Assembly: GCA_951406725.2 (NCBI GenBank)
Contig: OX597826.1
Span: 47,740,001-47,804,000 of the forward strand
Origin: Octopus vulgaris
Lineage: Eukaryota
Direction: 5' to 3'
Length of the DNA: 64,000 nucleotides
Shown here: positions 13,417 to 26,221 of the stretch, piece by piece
Numbering within the stretch: the stretch's first letter is position 1
Layout of the letters: each line of letters begins with the position of its first letter
The notes under the pieces: generated by a model
Told to the model about the DNA's origin: nothing
The model's input: only the letters and a program-made list of their open reading frames with translations
The model's database searches: none
Position numbers and translations under genes: made by a program

Positions 13417-13557
13417 GACTTAATGACTATGTCTGGTCATTTAGGTTGGATCGTTCTGTTGGTGTTGACTGGAAAATCCCAGAGGATAGTAACATTTTTA
13501 CCTTCAATAACTGGCTCAGGATGATGTTCATACCAGTAAGCAGGAGTGTTGATTTTT
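13417..13557 (-). pseudogene. R4/Dong-clade retrotransposon fragment (start of RLE domain)
   Basis: Manual translation INTPAYWYEHHPEPVIEGKNVTILWDFPVNTNRTIQPK*PDIVIK, matching the WY.H.P…ILWD…RPDIV pattern. Confidence 0.8.
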
Positions 13558-13569
13558 GTAGTGTTTACA

Positions 13570-14050
13570 TATTTTCCAATGTAAATACTGTCCTACCCTG
13601 TCGTGGGGATCTTTGTATTTGTTTGGTGTTACTATCATTTGGTAGAGCTCCCATTGGCTTCTTCAAGTGAAACTTGAAAAGGAAATTGATAGTGGAGAGG
13701 GAAGTGCTGTCCTCGAATGAATTTACTGAAAGGTGAGTGAAAGTTGTGAAAATGGCAAGAGTAGATGGTACCTCTCTAAGTGTAGACCTGTGAGTTGGAG
13801 AGAATGAATTGGAGATGTTACTTGCTCCTAGGGTTTCTGGGAAATCTTGGACAGTGGGGTTCCTCAATTATCCTTAGAAGCCTTCCTGAATCAGGAGGGT
13901 CACTTTTCTGTCATCCTCCCTGGAAATTCTTTTTCTACCTTTGTATGCTATGCATATGTCCCTGTTTTCCAGTGTTTCATTATTATATGTAAACCACCAG
14001 CCCCCAACACTTTATGTCTGTCTCTGTATTGTCCCTTTCAAATTAATGAA
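13570..14050 (+). mobile_element. Probable Tx1/L1-like LINE 3' end
   Basis: Degenerate C-terminus FFK*NLKRKLIVEREVLSSNEFTER*VKVVKMARVDGTSLSVDL*, then a UTR ending in (ATT)n. Confidence 0.5.
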
Positions 14051-14092
<42 letters not shown>

Positions 14093-14185
14093 GTTTGTTG
14101 TTGTTATTGTTGTTGTTGTTGTTATCATTAAAGGTAGTGAGCCAGCAAAACTGTGAGCATGCTGAACAAAATGCTTGGCAGCATA

Positions 14186-14403
14186 ATGAGAGAGCAGCGC
14201 ATGTCATCAAAGTGAAACTGAATCCCAGTATACACATCATGACTACCCGTCACATAAGGGCACACCAGGCACATGCATCACAACCATGTGTGCATGACAT
14301 TGTGATCTCATATCAAGATAAACAGTGCACGAGCTTGCAGGTGGGGTCCAGTTAGAATTTGCTTCAAGTCGAGTAACCCATCCCACACAAAAGTTCCCTG
14401 AAC
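14186..14403 (-). mobile_element. (TAA)n-associated non-coding retro-repeat, family E
   Basis: Homologous to 26802-27068 and 41357-41731; shared 3' end, variable 5' truncation. Confidence 0.7.
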
Positions 14404-14425
14404 AATAATAATAATAATAATAATG

Positions 14426-14492
<67 letters not shown>

Positions 14493-14507
14493 TAATAATC
14501 ATCATCA

Positions 14508-14565
<58 letters not shown>

Positions 14566-14574
14566 AATTTTTAA

Positions 14575-14787
14575 GTCAGTGAGCTGGCAGAATTGTTAGC
14601 ACACAGAGCAAAATGCTTAGCGGTAGTTTGTCTGCTGCTACGTTCTGAGATCAAATTCTACCCAGGTTGACTTTGCCTTCCAACCTTTCTGGGTTGGTAA
14701 ATTCAGAACCAGATGAGTACTGGGGTGGATGTAATCAACTAGCCCCCTCCAGCAAAATTTCAAGGCCTTGTGCCTTTAGTAGAAAGG

Positions 14788-14790
<3 letters not shown>
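14575..14790 (+). mobile_element. SINE family B
   Basis: gagctggcagaattgttagc…aaatgcttagcggta…gactttgcctt. Confidence 0.8.
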
Positions 14791-14852
<62 letters not shown>

Positions 14853-15226
14853 CTTTATTATTGTTATTATTACATTATTAGTGATGGTATCATCATCAGC
14901 ATCATCATCTTCTTCAGTAGCTCTTCCATTATAAAGAGACATTGGACCTAAATATGAGAAAAAAAATGAAACTTCAACATTTTTCAATGTCAAGTTACTA
15001 ATGAAGACAATATTTTGAGTAATATTACATCATTATATTTCTTTATACGCAATAACATTTATTAAAAAGGATATAAGCTAGTATTAATAGGCCTCTAAAA
15101 CCATCCTAGCTAACGACATGAACTAAGTGACTTAGTTTTTATGAGTCATTGAGAAATAACTAAGTATTTTTACAATATAAATTATATGTGCATATATAAA
15201 AGCATACATTCAGACATGCAAAGATT

Positions 15227-15283
<57 letters not shown>

Positions 15284-15298
15284 GTATATATATGTATA

Positions 15299-15907
<609 letters not shown>

Positions 15908-15910
<3 letters not shown>

Positions 15911-16405
15911 TCAATATAAGGGTAGCAAAAAATTCAATAGAAATTTTTTCGCCACCAGTGGTCTAGTGAGAAAGAAAAAGTAGTCAAAAGACTATATAGT
16001 ATACATTCAACAATAATATTAAGGAATGGCCTTAATAGGCCGTTCAACTCACTAAAACGAGCAGCTTTTATCAAACCGCTAAATAGTAGTAATTCAGAAA
16101 TCAAAGGAAAATTAAAATCATTTACCCAAGGCATCGATGCTGTTGGCTCGTGGAATATTTATTCCTCCTGGCTTCTTTGCCGATGAGACGAGCCAGTGGT
16201 AAATTGTCTTGATTAAATTTAATTTAATTTAATTAGGCTGGTTTACCAAAAAGTACGTCGAAACAATGCATTGTCCAAAGATGATTCGGGTAAATGTTTT
16301 TAATTTTCCTTTGATTTCTGAATTACTACTATTTAGCGGTTTGAGTATAGCTGCTCACTTTAGTGAGTTGAATGGCCTATTAAGGCCATTCCTTAATATT
16401 ATTGT
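15908..16405 (+). mobile_element. Miniature fold-back PLE-type insertion in (TA)n with hammerhead in the loop
   Basis: Inverted arms 16010-16127 / 16288-16405; (TA)n flanks; ~100 bp unique left extension. Confidence 0.8.
16174..16281 (+). ncRNA. Type-I hammerhead ribozyme, U4C variant, extended stem II
   Basis: TCTTTG CCGATGA GACG…CGTC GAAA CAATGCATTG TC CAAAGA; perfect stems I and II, palindromic stem III ACAATGCATTGT, GUC site. Confidence 0.85.
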
Positions 16406-16562
16406 ATATATATATATATATGTAAGATTTTATAGTTTTCTTGAAGCATTGTATATGGAATATAATGTTGAAAGATTTAAAAGGCCAAACAATGCAAATA
16501 GACTTTAAGATGAGGTAACGTAAACTAAAAGTAAGTTACCTAGTAATCTTTGGTCAAATATG

Positions 16563-16604
16563 TATCTAATATTTCGGGACATACAAGTCCCTTCTTCAGG
16601 GTTA
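16563..16604 (-). ncRNA. Minimal hammerhead core
   Basis: CTGAAGA a GGGAC ttgtat GTCCC GAAA TAT T; intact core and stem II, palindromic stem III, degenerate stem I. Confidence 0.65.
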
Positions 16605-16765
16605 AAAACGAACTGTCCTTGGTAAGATGTTTTTTGTCGGAGATAAGATAATTCTATGATTATATTTGAATTTTCAAGCGTTTCTCTTCTTCATGAATGT
16701 TAGTGACGTCCATTATTAACTTATCGCTCCACAAATCAATATTCATCACCTCTTTTCTAATATGT

Positions 16766-17114
16766 AGCAAGCCGATGCCAGTGCCTCCTCGACTGGCTTC
16801 TGTGCCGGTGGCACATAAAAAGCACCATCCGAACATGGCCGATGCCAGCGCCGCTTGGCTAGCTTCCATGCCGGTGGCATGTTAAAAGCACCAACCGATC
16901 GTGGCCGATGCCAGACTCCCCTGGCACCTGCGCAGGTGGCATGTAAAAAGCACCCACTACACTCGTAGAGTGGTTGGCGTTAGGAAGGGCATCCAGCTAT
17001 AGAAATACTGCCAGATCAGACTGGAGCCTGGTGCAGCCCCTTGCTTCCCAGACCCCGGTCGAACCGTCCAACCCATGCTAGCACGGAAAACGGACATTAA
17101 ACGACGATGATGAT
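16766..17114 (+). mobile_element. RTE-LINE-derived 3' end inserted in the PLE 3' UTR
   Basis: Three ggtggca(c/t)(a/g)taaaaagcacc-type subrepeats, ggcgttaggaagggcatccagct, (GAT)n tail. Confidence 0.8.
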
Positions 17115-17152
17115 GTGTCTGTGTGTGTATGTTATGTTATGTATTGCATGCC

Positions 17153-17915
17153 TAGCTCCAATCAATTATTTATTTGTGGGTTTAATTTACAGATAATCAA
17201 AGCTTCCTTAATTCTTTAGTTACCGAGATTTCTATCATTGGCTTCAATAGCAACTTTAATTTGTTTGTCGGTATTTTCACATTTATCGATGTGTTTTTTT
17301 GAATGAGGATATGTGTGTGTTGAGATGTTCCTTAATGGGAATATGCAAAGTTCAAGTTGTGCTGCCTATATAAAATGCCTTACATTTGTTGCATTCTATT
17401 CGGTATACTGCATGTGTCCTCTGGCACATAATTATTTCTTTACTACCCACAAGGGGCTAAACATAGAGAGGACAAACAAGGACAGACAGACGGATTAAGT
17501 CGATTACATTGTCCCCAGTGCGTAACTGGTAATTAATTTATCGACCCCGAAAGGATGAAAGGTAAAGTCGACCTTGCCGGAATTTGAACTCACAACGTAA
17601 CAGCAGCCGAAATACCGCTAAGCATTTCGCCCGATGTGCTAACGATTCTGCCAGCTCGCCGCCTGTATCGTGGATAGGACAGTTAGTTAATGAGCATTAA
17701 TTGTTGTCTCTAGATTGCTTTTTATTGTTGTCTCTAGATTGCTTTTTATTCAGGTATCCATGCAGAGAGGCGTTGAAGTATGCTAATTGTATGTCTAGTC
17801 CTTCGTTGCGTATGGCTCTACGAATTGCTGTGGTTATGCTTTCATTGAAATGTGGTAATTTCATGAAGCAGGTGTTAGAGAAGGTCTTATGTCTGCAGCG
17901 CTTTTGGTTTTTAAT
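17153..17915 (-). pseudogene. PLE polyprotein C-terminus with GIY-YIG endonuclease (disrupted)
   Basis: Manual translation …KLPHFNESITTAIRRAIRNEGLDIQLAY…CSLTNCPIHDT [SINE] MCQRTHAVYRIECNKCKAFYIGSTT*TLHIPIKEHL…RIKEALIICKLNPQINN*; stops present; not in the ORF track. Confidence 0.85.
17432..17663 (-). mobile_element. SINE family B inserted in the PLE coding region
   Basis: ggcggcgagctggcagaatcgttagc…gagttcaaattcc…gtcgactttacctttcatcc. Confidence 0.9.
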
Positions 17916-17989
17916 ATATATATATGTGGGACTTGTGTATATATGTGTATATGCATATATACATATATATATGTGTGTGTGTGTGTATG

Positions 17990-18038
<49 letters not shown>

Positions 18039-18709
18039 ATGTATAATGTATTAGGTATGATGTACAGAATTAAATATTGAGAAAAATGTCATCAGAATGG
18101 TGGTGGAGGCGGCGGCGGCAGTGGTGGTGGTGGTGGTGGTGCTGGTGCTGGTGGTGGTGGTGATTTTAATGTTTTAATTAGGATTCGTGTTTCTAACATA
18201 GGTAACAAGACTACAAGGCAGCAAGCTGGCAGAATCATTAGCACAGCAGGCGAATGCTTTAGCAGCATTTTGTCTGTTTTAATGCTCTGAGTTCAAATAT
18301 TGTCAAGGTTGATAAAAATCAGAACTTGTTGATTACTGGAAGTTGTAATTAACTAACCCACTCTTCTGAAATTGCTAAGTTTTGTGTCAAAATTTGAAAA
18401 ACAACATGATTACAAAGCTTGGAAATTTTGAAGGAAGGAGATTGTCGATTATGATTATATTGACACCAGTACTTAACTGGTACTGTTATTTTCTTTGTTT
18501 TACCATCTCCAGAAGGATAATAACCACAGTTGATTCTCACACAATTTGAACTAAAAACATAAGGAGTCCGAACAAATATTGTAAGGCATACAAAAGAACT
18601 AAAGTAGGAGGCCATTCAAAGATGGAAAACAAAAACAAAAAAATAATGACAAAAAGTGTAAGTGTAACCAGCGAATAAAAAACTGACCACATTATGTGAG
18701 TGGTACTAT

Positions 18710-19073
18710 TATTACCCCGCCTCAGCAAAGGGGAAGGTATTGTTTTCAGTCATATTTGTTTGTTAGTTTGTCTGCTCTTGGATGAGATATCTCAAGAACC
18801 ACTGGATGAATTTGGATGAAACTTCCATGACTGGTACAAACTGATTAGATTTTGGGATCGATCTAGTACTGGACAAGGATTCTGGATTATTTTTCCATTT
18901 TTTTCTTACTTAATTCTTACTTAAGAGCAGTTGGTTCATTTTTAGTATTATTGTTTGTGAGAGCAGTTGAGTTTATTTCAGATATTCTCATTTTAAAAAT
19001 TATCTCTGGCTAAACGTTGAGAGAATGTTGGTGCTGCCTTGGCAGAGGTTTGTGCTCTCTGAGTGCTCTTGTT
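18710..19073 (+). mobile_element. Non-autonomous Helentron-associated element (HINE/DINE-1-like)
   Basis: 5' attaccccgcc…aggtattgttttc, (GTTT/GTCT)n tract, gattagattttgg, 3' ccttggcagaggt subterminal repeat plus short hairpin, ending in TT-rich sequence. Confidence 0.65.
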
Positions 19074-19433
19074 TTCTTCATTTAACAATCCTTAAGGGAT
19101 GATAGCCAAAGTTTGTTTCTTGCATGATTTGAACTCAGAACATAAAGAGTCAAGACAAATGCCTCAAGGCTCACAAATGAACCAAAGCAGGGGACCATCC
19201 AAAGATGGAAAACAAAACAAACAAGCAAAAAAATTAAGTGTATCCAGCAAATGAAAATTGTGGAATAGTGGATTACTTGATTGGATGGCTAAAAATAAAA
19301 TAATGAAAAAAAATAACATAAAAGAAATATAATATAACCCAAGGGAAAATCTCTGTAAATTATAAAACCTTGATTTCCTTAATACAAAGGTAAGTGTCTA
19401 TCCCCTGCTGTCAATCTGCAAAATGAAACATGA

Positions 19434-19494
<61 letters not shown>

Positions 19495-19585
19495 TAATAA
19501 TAATAATATTATTAATAATAATAATACCCATAATACCCATTTAATTAAGGCTTCCGTGATTGTGCCCATATTAGGTAGGGAAATA

Positions 19586-19616
<31 letters not shown>

Positions 19617-19685
19617 GATACACACACACATATACATAAATACGTATATATATGTATATATATGTATACATACATATATATATGC

Positions 19686-19749
<64 letters not shown>

Positions 19750-19871
19750 ACTGTTTCTTTTTTAGCTTTTCATAACGCAAGCAAACTGATAATTTATTTG
19801 GAACTAAGGAAACTGATATCTATTGATTAGGGAATTTATTAATACAAAACATGTATGTGTGTGTGTGTATG

Positions 19872-19913
<42 letters not shown>

Positions 19914-20491
19914 TGAACATACACTCAATTACTTACTTAGAATTCTATTAAATTTATGGATAAAATAATTAAATTAACTTGATGCATTAGCATAAATGTT
20001 GGTGCAGAGAGAACTTTTAATTTGGAGTGGTTTTTGTTATCTTTTCTTATTATTTTGCGAGTAAAAAATTTTTTGTTTGTATATTATTGACAAACTTGAA
20101 AAAAATGTCTACTTCACCACACAAACTCATTTATGTACACACAACGATCCATATACAAATATAAAGGCAAATATGAAGCTATTAAAAGAGTGAAAACTAA
20201 AATATTTCTTTGGTTCCTTAACCATGTTGAAACTGGAGTTTTATCTCATGACTAGAGTTACACCCTACAACAGTCTTCAGGTAAGAACTTTTACAAATCA
20301 CTCTTGGGTATGCCACCAAAAGTGAACAACACCAGCATTGAAAGGCCGAAATTATAAGGATCTTTTGAATGTTGACTGATGAGGAATTAGCTACAAATTT
20401 TTTGTTTGTTATGCTTTTGTAAAATATTCCTATTGTTGTGTTTTTCTTAAATTTTTGAAATATATACACACACACACACACACACACATAT

Positions 20492-20728
20492 CATCATCAT
20501 CATCATTTAACGTCCATTGTCCATGCTGGCATGGGCTTGACTGTTTGACCAGGGCTTGCAAGCTGGAAGGCTGTACCAGACTTTAGTCTGATTTGGAATG
20601 GATCCCTTTCCTAATGCCAACCACTCCAAGAGTGTAATGGATTCTTTTACAAGCCACCAATACAGGTGCCATTTGCATGACACCAGTATCTGCCACAATC
20701 TCACTTGGTTTGATGGGTCTTCTCATAT
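20492..20728 (-). mobile_element. RTE-LINE-derived 3' end
   Basis: catcatcatttaacgtcc…cctaatgccaaccactcc. Confidence 0.75.
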
Positions 20729-20759
20729 GTATAAACATATATATATAAATATATATATA

Positions 20760-20798
<39 letters not shown>

Positions 20799-20973
20799 GT
20801 TTAAATATTTGTTGTGCAAGATTTTTTATGTGAAGTCGTGTGTTGAAACAGATATTGTTATATTTCGGAATGGTCATATTGCCAGTTTAGCCAATAAAAA
20901 CACACGCACTATATATTTGGTGTTATTTTGCTTCAGTGATATTTATTTTTTACATTAATCTTAATCTTATTTC

Positions 20974-21018
20974 GGCCAAAGTTCTTTCGTCACACTCCTG
21001 TGACCGCATCAGTGGTCC
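20974..21018 (-). ncRNA. Minimal hammerhead variant (inverted copy of 22653-22697)
   Basis: Exact reverse complement of the motif in the right arm. Confidence 0.6.
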
Positions 21019-21397
21019 TTTGTTTTCTTCTCACTTACTTGTGTCTCTCCTTACTAACCGTCAGCCATTTTGTATTTCTATTGTATGTCTTCATTTGCGC
21101 ATGCTTATATCTCTATGTGCGTCTATGTTTATTTAGTGTGTGGGGGGGGGATGCCTGTAATATTTGTATCTTCTGGTTATATACATTCTTGTAATTTGTA
21201 TTTTGTTTTTGTTGTTGTTGCTTTTGTTCTAATTTTATTCATGTGTTTACATCCACCCATTATTATCATTACATATGCTTGTATGTATGTATAACAACAA
21301 TATTAGTAATAATAATAATAAATCTAATCGAGAAAAAAAAAAAAAAAAAAAAAAAAAGAATATACATATACATATATATATATATACATACATATAC

Positions 21398-21440
<43 letters not shown>

Positions 21441-21733
21441 TACACATATACATATACATATATATACACATATACATATATATAGATATTCATTTCTATT
21501 TCTTTAATTACCTGTGTATTTATTATGTTTGCAGGATCCACTATTGTCATATGTTGTGGTGTGCGCTATTGCTCCATTCTAGTTTTCTATTCAGGCTAGG
21601 TTTATTTTCTATTATATGTGTAGCTTCTGTAATTTGTCTAATTGTTGCATCTGTTCTATGTGTGGACAATATCTTAATCTCTATGTTATTGATTGATCCC
21701 CCGTGTTCTTGTTCGGCGTGTTGGTACAGAACT

Positions 21734-22120
21734 CTCTGTACGGATAACTATTGCACTGTATGTAGATTTAGCCCACAAACGAACTGTAAAGCCAGAAATG
21801 TGGTCTATAGTATAAGATGTATAGAGGGACGATGCAGTAACAAGACAGTAACATACGTAGGGGAAACTGCAAGAAGCATTGGTGAGCGGGTGAATGAACA
21901 TTGGAGACAACTCAAGGAAGGTAAAAGCTCATCGATTCTGTACCAACACGCCGAACAAGAACACGGGGGATCAATCAATAACATAGAGATTAAGATATTG
22001 TCCACACATAGAACAGATGCAACAATTAGACAAATTACAGAAGCTACACATATAATAGAAAATAAACCTAGCCTGAATAGAAAACTAGAATGGAGCAATA
22101 GCGCACACCACAACATATGA
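21734..22120 (+). CDS. PLE GIY-YIG endonuclease domain, 5'-truncated but uninterrupted
   Basis: CTDNYCTVC…[12 protein letters not shown]…[16 protein letters not shown]…H…H…EATHI…PSLN; VVY/YVG, Arg, Glu and Asn motifs; the part of ORF 21275-22120 upstream of this is inverted-arm artefact. Confidence 0.9.
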   Translation, partial: LCTDNYCTVCRFSPQTNCKARNVVYSIRCIEGRCSNKTVTYVGETARSIGERVNEHWRQLKEGKSSSILYQHAEQEHGGSINNIEIKILSTHRTDATIRQITEATHIIENKPSLNRKLEWSNSAHHNI

Positions 22121-22652
22121 CAATAGTGGATCCTGCAAACATAATAAATACACAGGTAATTAAAGAAATAGAAATGAATATCTATATATATGTATATGTG
22201 TATATATATGTATATGTATATGTGTATATATGTGTGTATATATGTATATATATATATATATATATGTATATGTATATGTATGTATATATATATATATGTA
22301 TATGTATATTCTTTTTTTTTTTTTTTTTTTTTTTTTTCTCGATTAGATTTATTATTATTATTACTAATATTGTTGTTATACATACATACAAGCATATGTA
22401 ATGATAATAATGGGTGGATGTAAACACATGAATAAAATTAGAACAAAAGCAACAACAACAAAAACAAAATACAAATTACAAGAATGTATATAACCAGAAG
22501 ATACAAATATTACAGGCATCCCCCCCCCCACACACTAAATAAACATAGACGCACATAGAGATATAAGCATGCGCAAATGAAGACATACAATAGAAATACA
22601 AAATGGCTGACGGTTAGTAAGGAGAGACACAAGTAAGTGAGAAGAAAACAAA

Positions 22653-22697
22653 GGACCACTGATGCGGTCACAGGAGTGTGACGAAAGAACTTTGGCC
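22653..22697 (+). ncRNA. Minimal hammerhead variant (A9C plus extra G) in PLE 3' UTR
   Basis: GGaCCA CTGATGC g GTCACA ggag TGTGAC GAAA GAAC TT TGGCC. Confidence 0.6.
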
Positions 22698-22811
22698 GAA
22701 ATAAGATTAAGATTAATGTAAAAAATAAATATCACTGAAGCAAAATAACACCAAATATATAGTGCGTGTGTTTTTATTGGCTAAACTGGCAATATGACCA
22801 TTCCGAAATAT

Positions 22812-22854
<43 letters not shown>

Positions 22855-22941
22855 CACATATATACATATATTTAACATACATATGTGTGTATGCTTGTGG
22901 TTTATAGACCTGTATTCATGTTTTGTTTTTCTGTAAATTTC

Positions 22942-22978
<37 letters not shown>

Positions 22979-22984
<6 letters not shown>

Positions 22985-23295
22985 TTAAAATTACTAAGTC
23001 TCTCTAAAGGAGATTACAGCAGCGTTACTGGATATTAATATTATCGCCATACTAATATAGTAGTCTATAAATATAAGACTAAAGCTGTCGCTGATTAGCT
23101 CCAAGAGGCCATTGCCTCTAGCTAGCTATATGACACACGAACCTGCGTCCATTACAACTGTTCGAAGGTTGTAATGGACGCAGGTTCATGTGTCATGTAG
23201 CTAGCTAGAGGCGATGGCCTCTTGGAGCTAATCAGCGACAGCTTTAGTCTTATATTTATAGACTACCATATTAGTATGGCGAAAACTATTAATAT
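22979..23295. repeat. Near-perfect fold-back element in (TA)n, no hammerhead seen
   Basis: Arms 23032-23158 / 23168-23295, 9-nt loop, ~50 bp unique left extension. Confidence 0.9.
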
Positions 23296-23383
23296 ATATA
23301 TATATGTGTATATATATATATCATATTATATATATATATGTATACATATATACACACACACATGCGCGTGCACACACACACAC

Positions 23384-23415
<32 letters not shown>

Positions 23416-24048
23416 CTATATATACGTACACACACACACACATATACATGTACCTGTATAATTTCTCTTTCAGCCCTGGTTGAAATATTTTATGAAATCC
23501 TTTGTTTAAAACTAAGTATCCAATTTTCCACCACTTCTACCTCTGTGTTACTTTAGAATGCATTCAAGCAATCTCTTTATAAAAGATGTATCAAAATTAC
23601 CTTTAGCATGCTTTGATTTTGAAGTACCAGGCTTTTTATCACTAACAAAGAAGATAGGTCTATAGTGGATGCTAAGATCTCTGAAGCCATTCTTCCTGTA
23701 GAATTTGCTTTGGATGTCACAGCCTGTAGCAGGTCTTTGACATAAACTGTATCATTAAATTACTTTTCACAAATGGTGACAATGCTTGACATGTAGAATT
23801 GGTTATATTCTGCTGTTTTAAGGATAATGAATAAATATTCTCTGATCTTTTGATAAAGATATTTTTCTTAAATATATAGAACAATTCCAGTTATATAATT
23901 GTACATTTAATGATGTTTATCCTTATGAAACAGATGTTGAAGAAAGCATATTACTATTTGTGAAATTTATGTTTTACTACTCTTATTTTAAATGTATTTA
24001 CATTCATAAATATCTTTATGCACAGGTGCACACACATGCACATACAAA

Positions 24049-24079
<31 letters not shown>

Positions 24080-24227
24080 TGTATGTATGTATATATGTAT
24101 GTATGAATGTATGTATGTATATATGTATGTATGCATGTATGTATGTACGTGTGTATGCATGTATGCATGTATGTATGTATGTATGTATGTATGTATATAT
24201 AGATTCCTGAACCAGGCTATACATCAG

Positions 24228-24336
24228 TTTCTTTTTGCTGAACCACTAAGTTATGGGGGCATAAACACACCAACATTGGTTGTCAACAACAGTGGGCTGA
24301 CAAACATACACACACACACACATATATGTATGTATG

Positions 24337-24394
<58 letters not shown>

Positions 24395-24546
24395 ACAGGC
24401 TTCTTTCAGTTTCCGCCTACCAAATCCACTCACAAGGCTTTGGTCAGCCTGAGTTATAGTTGAAGACACTTGTTCAAGGGGCCATGCAGTGGGACCAAAT
24501 CCAGAACCAAGTGGTTGGTAAGCAAGCTACTTACCACACAGCCACT
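24228..24546 (-). mobile_element. SINE family A, partial
   Basis: Co-linear with other family A copies. Confidence 0.85.
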
Positions 24547-25606
24547 CGTATATACATATATATAATATGTATGTATGTATATATATATGTGTTTGTGTGT
24601 GTGTGTGTTTGTGTGCACATACATATATGTGTTTATGTATGTAAATGTGTGTATTTTTCAAGATAATACCTCTAAAGTCCCAACATTACCATTTTAAATA
24701 TCTAACAAGAAATATGTCAGAACACAGAAAGTGAAAAATATCCATATATAATTTAAGGAACTTTTGATCACTCTGTACATACATTTGTAGGGGAAGAGTA
24801 CAACATATTTTTGCATATACCGAATGACATTCTGAATTCATGTAGGCTGGCACTTCATGTGAAGGAAATCTTATATTATATCTTTACAGAAAAAAGAAGA
24901 AAAAATGTTTTTTTCTTCTTGTAACAGTAATTAACAAAATGTCTGGAGTAAATTAACAAATATCATTTCTTACGAAGTTGATACAACTGAATCCAAACAC
25001 TTATAATTCACACTAGTATTAGCAGCAACAGCAGTAGTAGTGGTGGTGGTGGTGGTGGTGGTCCGTTCCATTATAGGCAGAAGGCCTGAAATTTGGCAGG
25101 GGTGGGGGATAGATGATTGCAAAGGACCCGGTTCTTGACTTGTACTTTATGTTATTGACCATGAAAAGATGAAAAACATAGCTGACGTTGATGGAATTTG
25201 AACTTAGAATGATGATGATGATGATGATGAAGATGATGATGATGATGATGATGGTAAGAAGAAGAAGAAAAAGAAAAAAAGAAGAACAACAACAATGAAG
25301 AGCAGAGAAGGAAGAGGTGGTGGAGGAGGAAGAGGAGGAGGAGGAGGAGAAGAAGAAGAAGAAGAAGAAGAAGAAGAAGAAGAAGAAGAAGAAGAAGAAG
25401 AAGAAGAAGAACAACAACAACAACAACAACCAGGAGGCAGTGGAGAAGAAGAAGAAGAAGAAAATTTTCTAAAGGCCAGTATACCTCTACTGATCTGGTA
25501 TTTATTTTATCAACCATGAAGGGATGTAAAAATAATAATAATAATAATGATAATAATAATACTGATGATGATGATGATAATGATGATGATGATAATGATA
25601 ATACTA

Positions 25607-26150
<544 letters not shown>

Positions 26151-26151
26151 A

Positions 26152-26221
<70 letters not shown>

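Larger units (their letters stand above)
16421..17915 (-). mobile_element. 5'-truncated Penelope-like element interrupted by two insertions, bounded by (TA)n
   Basis: Linker + GIY-YIG remnant at 17153-17915, then a 3' UTR with hammerhead core at 16563-16604 on the same strand. Confidence 0.8.
20799..22818 (+). mobile_element. Penelope-like element: ~2 kb palindromic insertion (5'-truncated copy plus inverted 3' copy) in (TA)n
   Basis: Arms ~20851-21730 and ~21936-22818 are near-identical reverse complements; ~205 bp spacer; GIY-YIG frame; hammerhead-like motif in each arm; (TA)n both sides. Confidence 0.92.

Noticed and set aside
20375-20440. CTGATGA followed by a GGAAT/ATTCC stem
   Set aside because: No GAAA or stem III after the stem; not supportable as a hammerhead.
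21805-22395. Duplicate antisense ORFs suggesting a gene pair
   Set aside because: Mirror artefact of the PLE inverted repeat.
23578-23856. Coding-looking stretch on the - strand (about 90 codons, one stop)
   Set aside because: No recognisable motif or strong splice signals; would need blastx or RNA-seq support.
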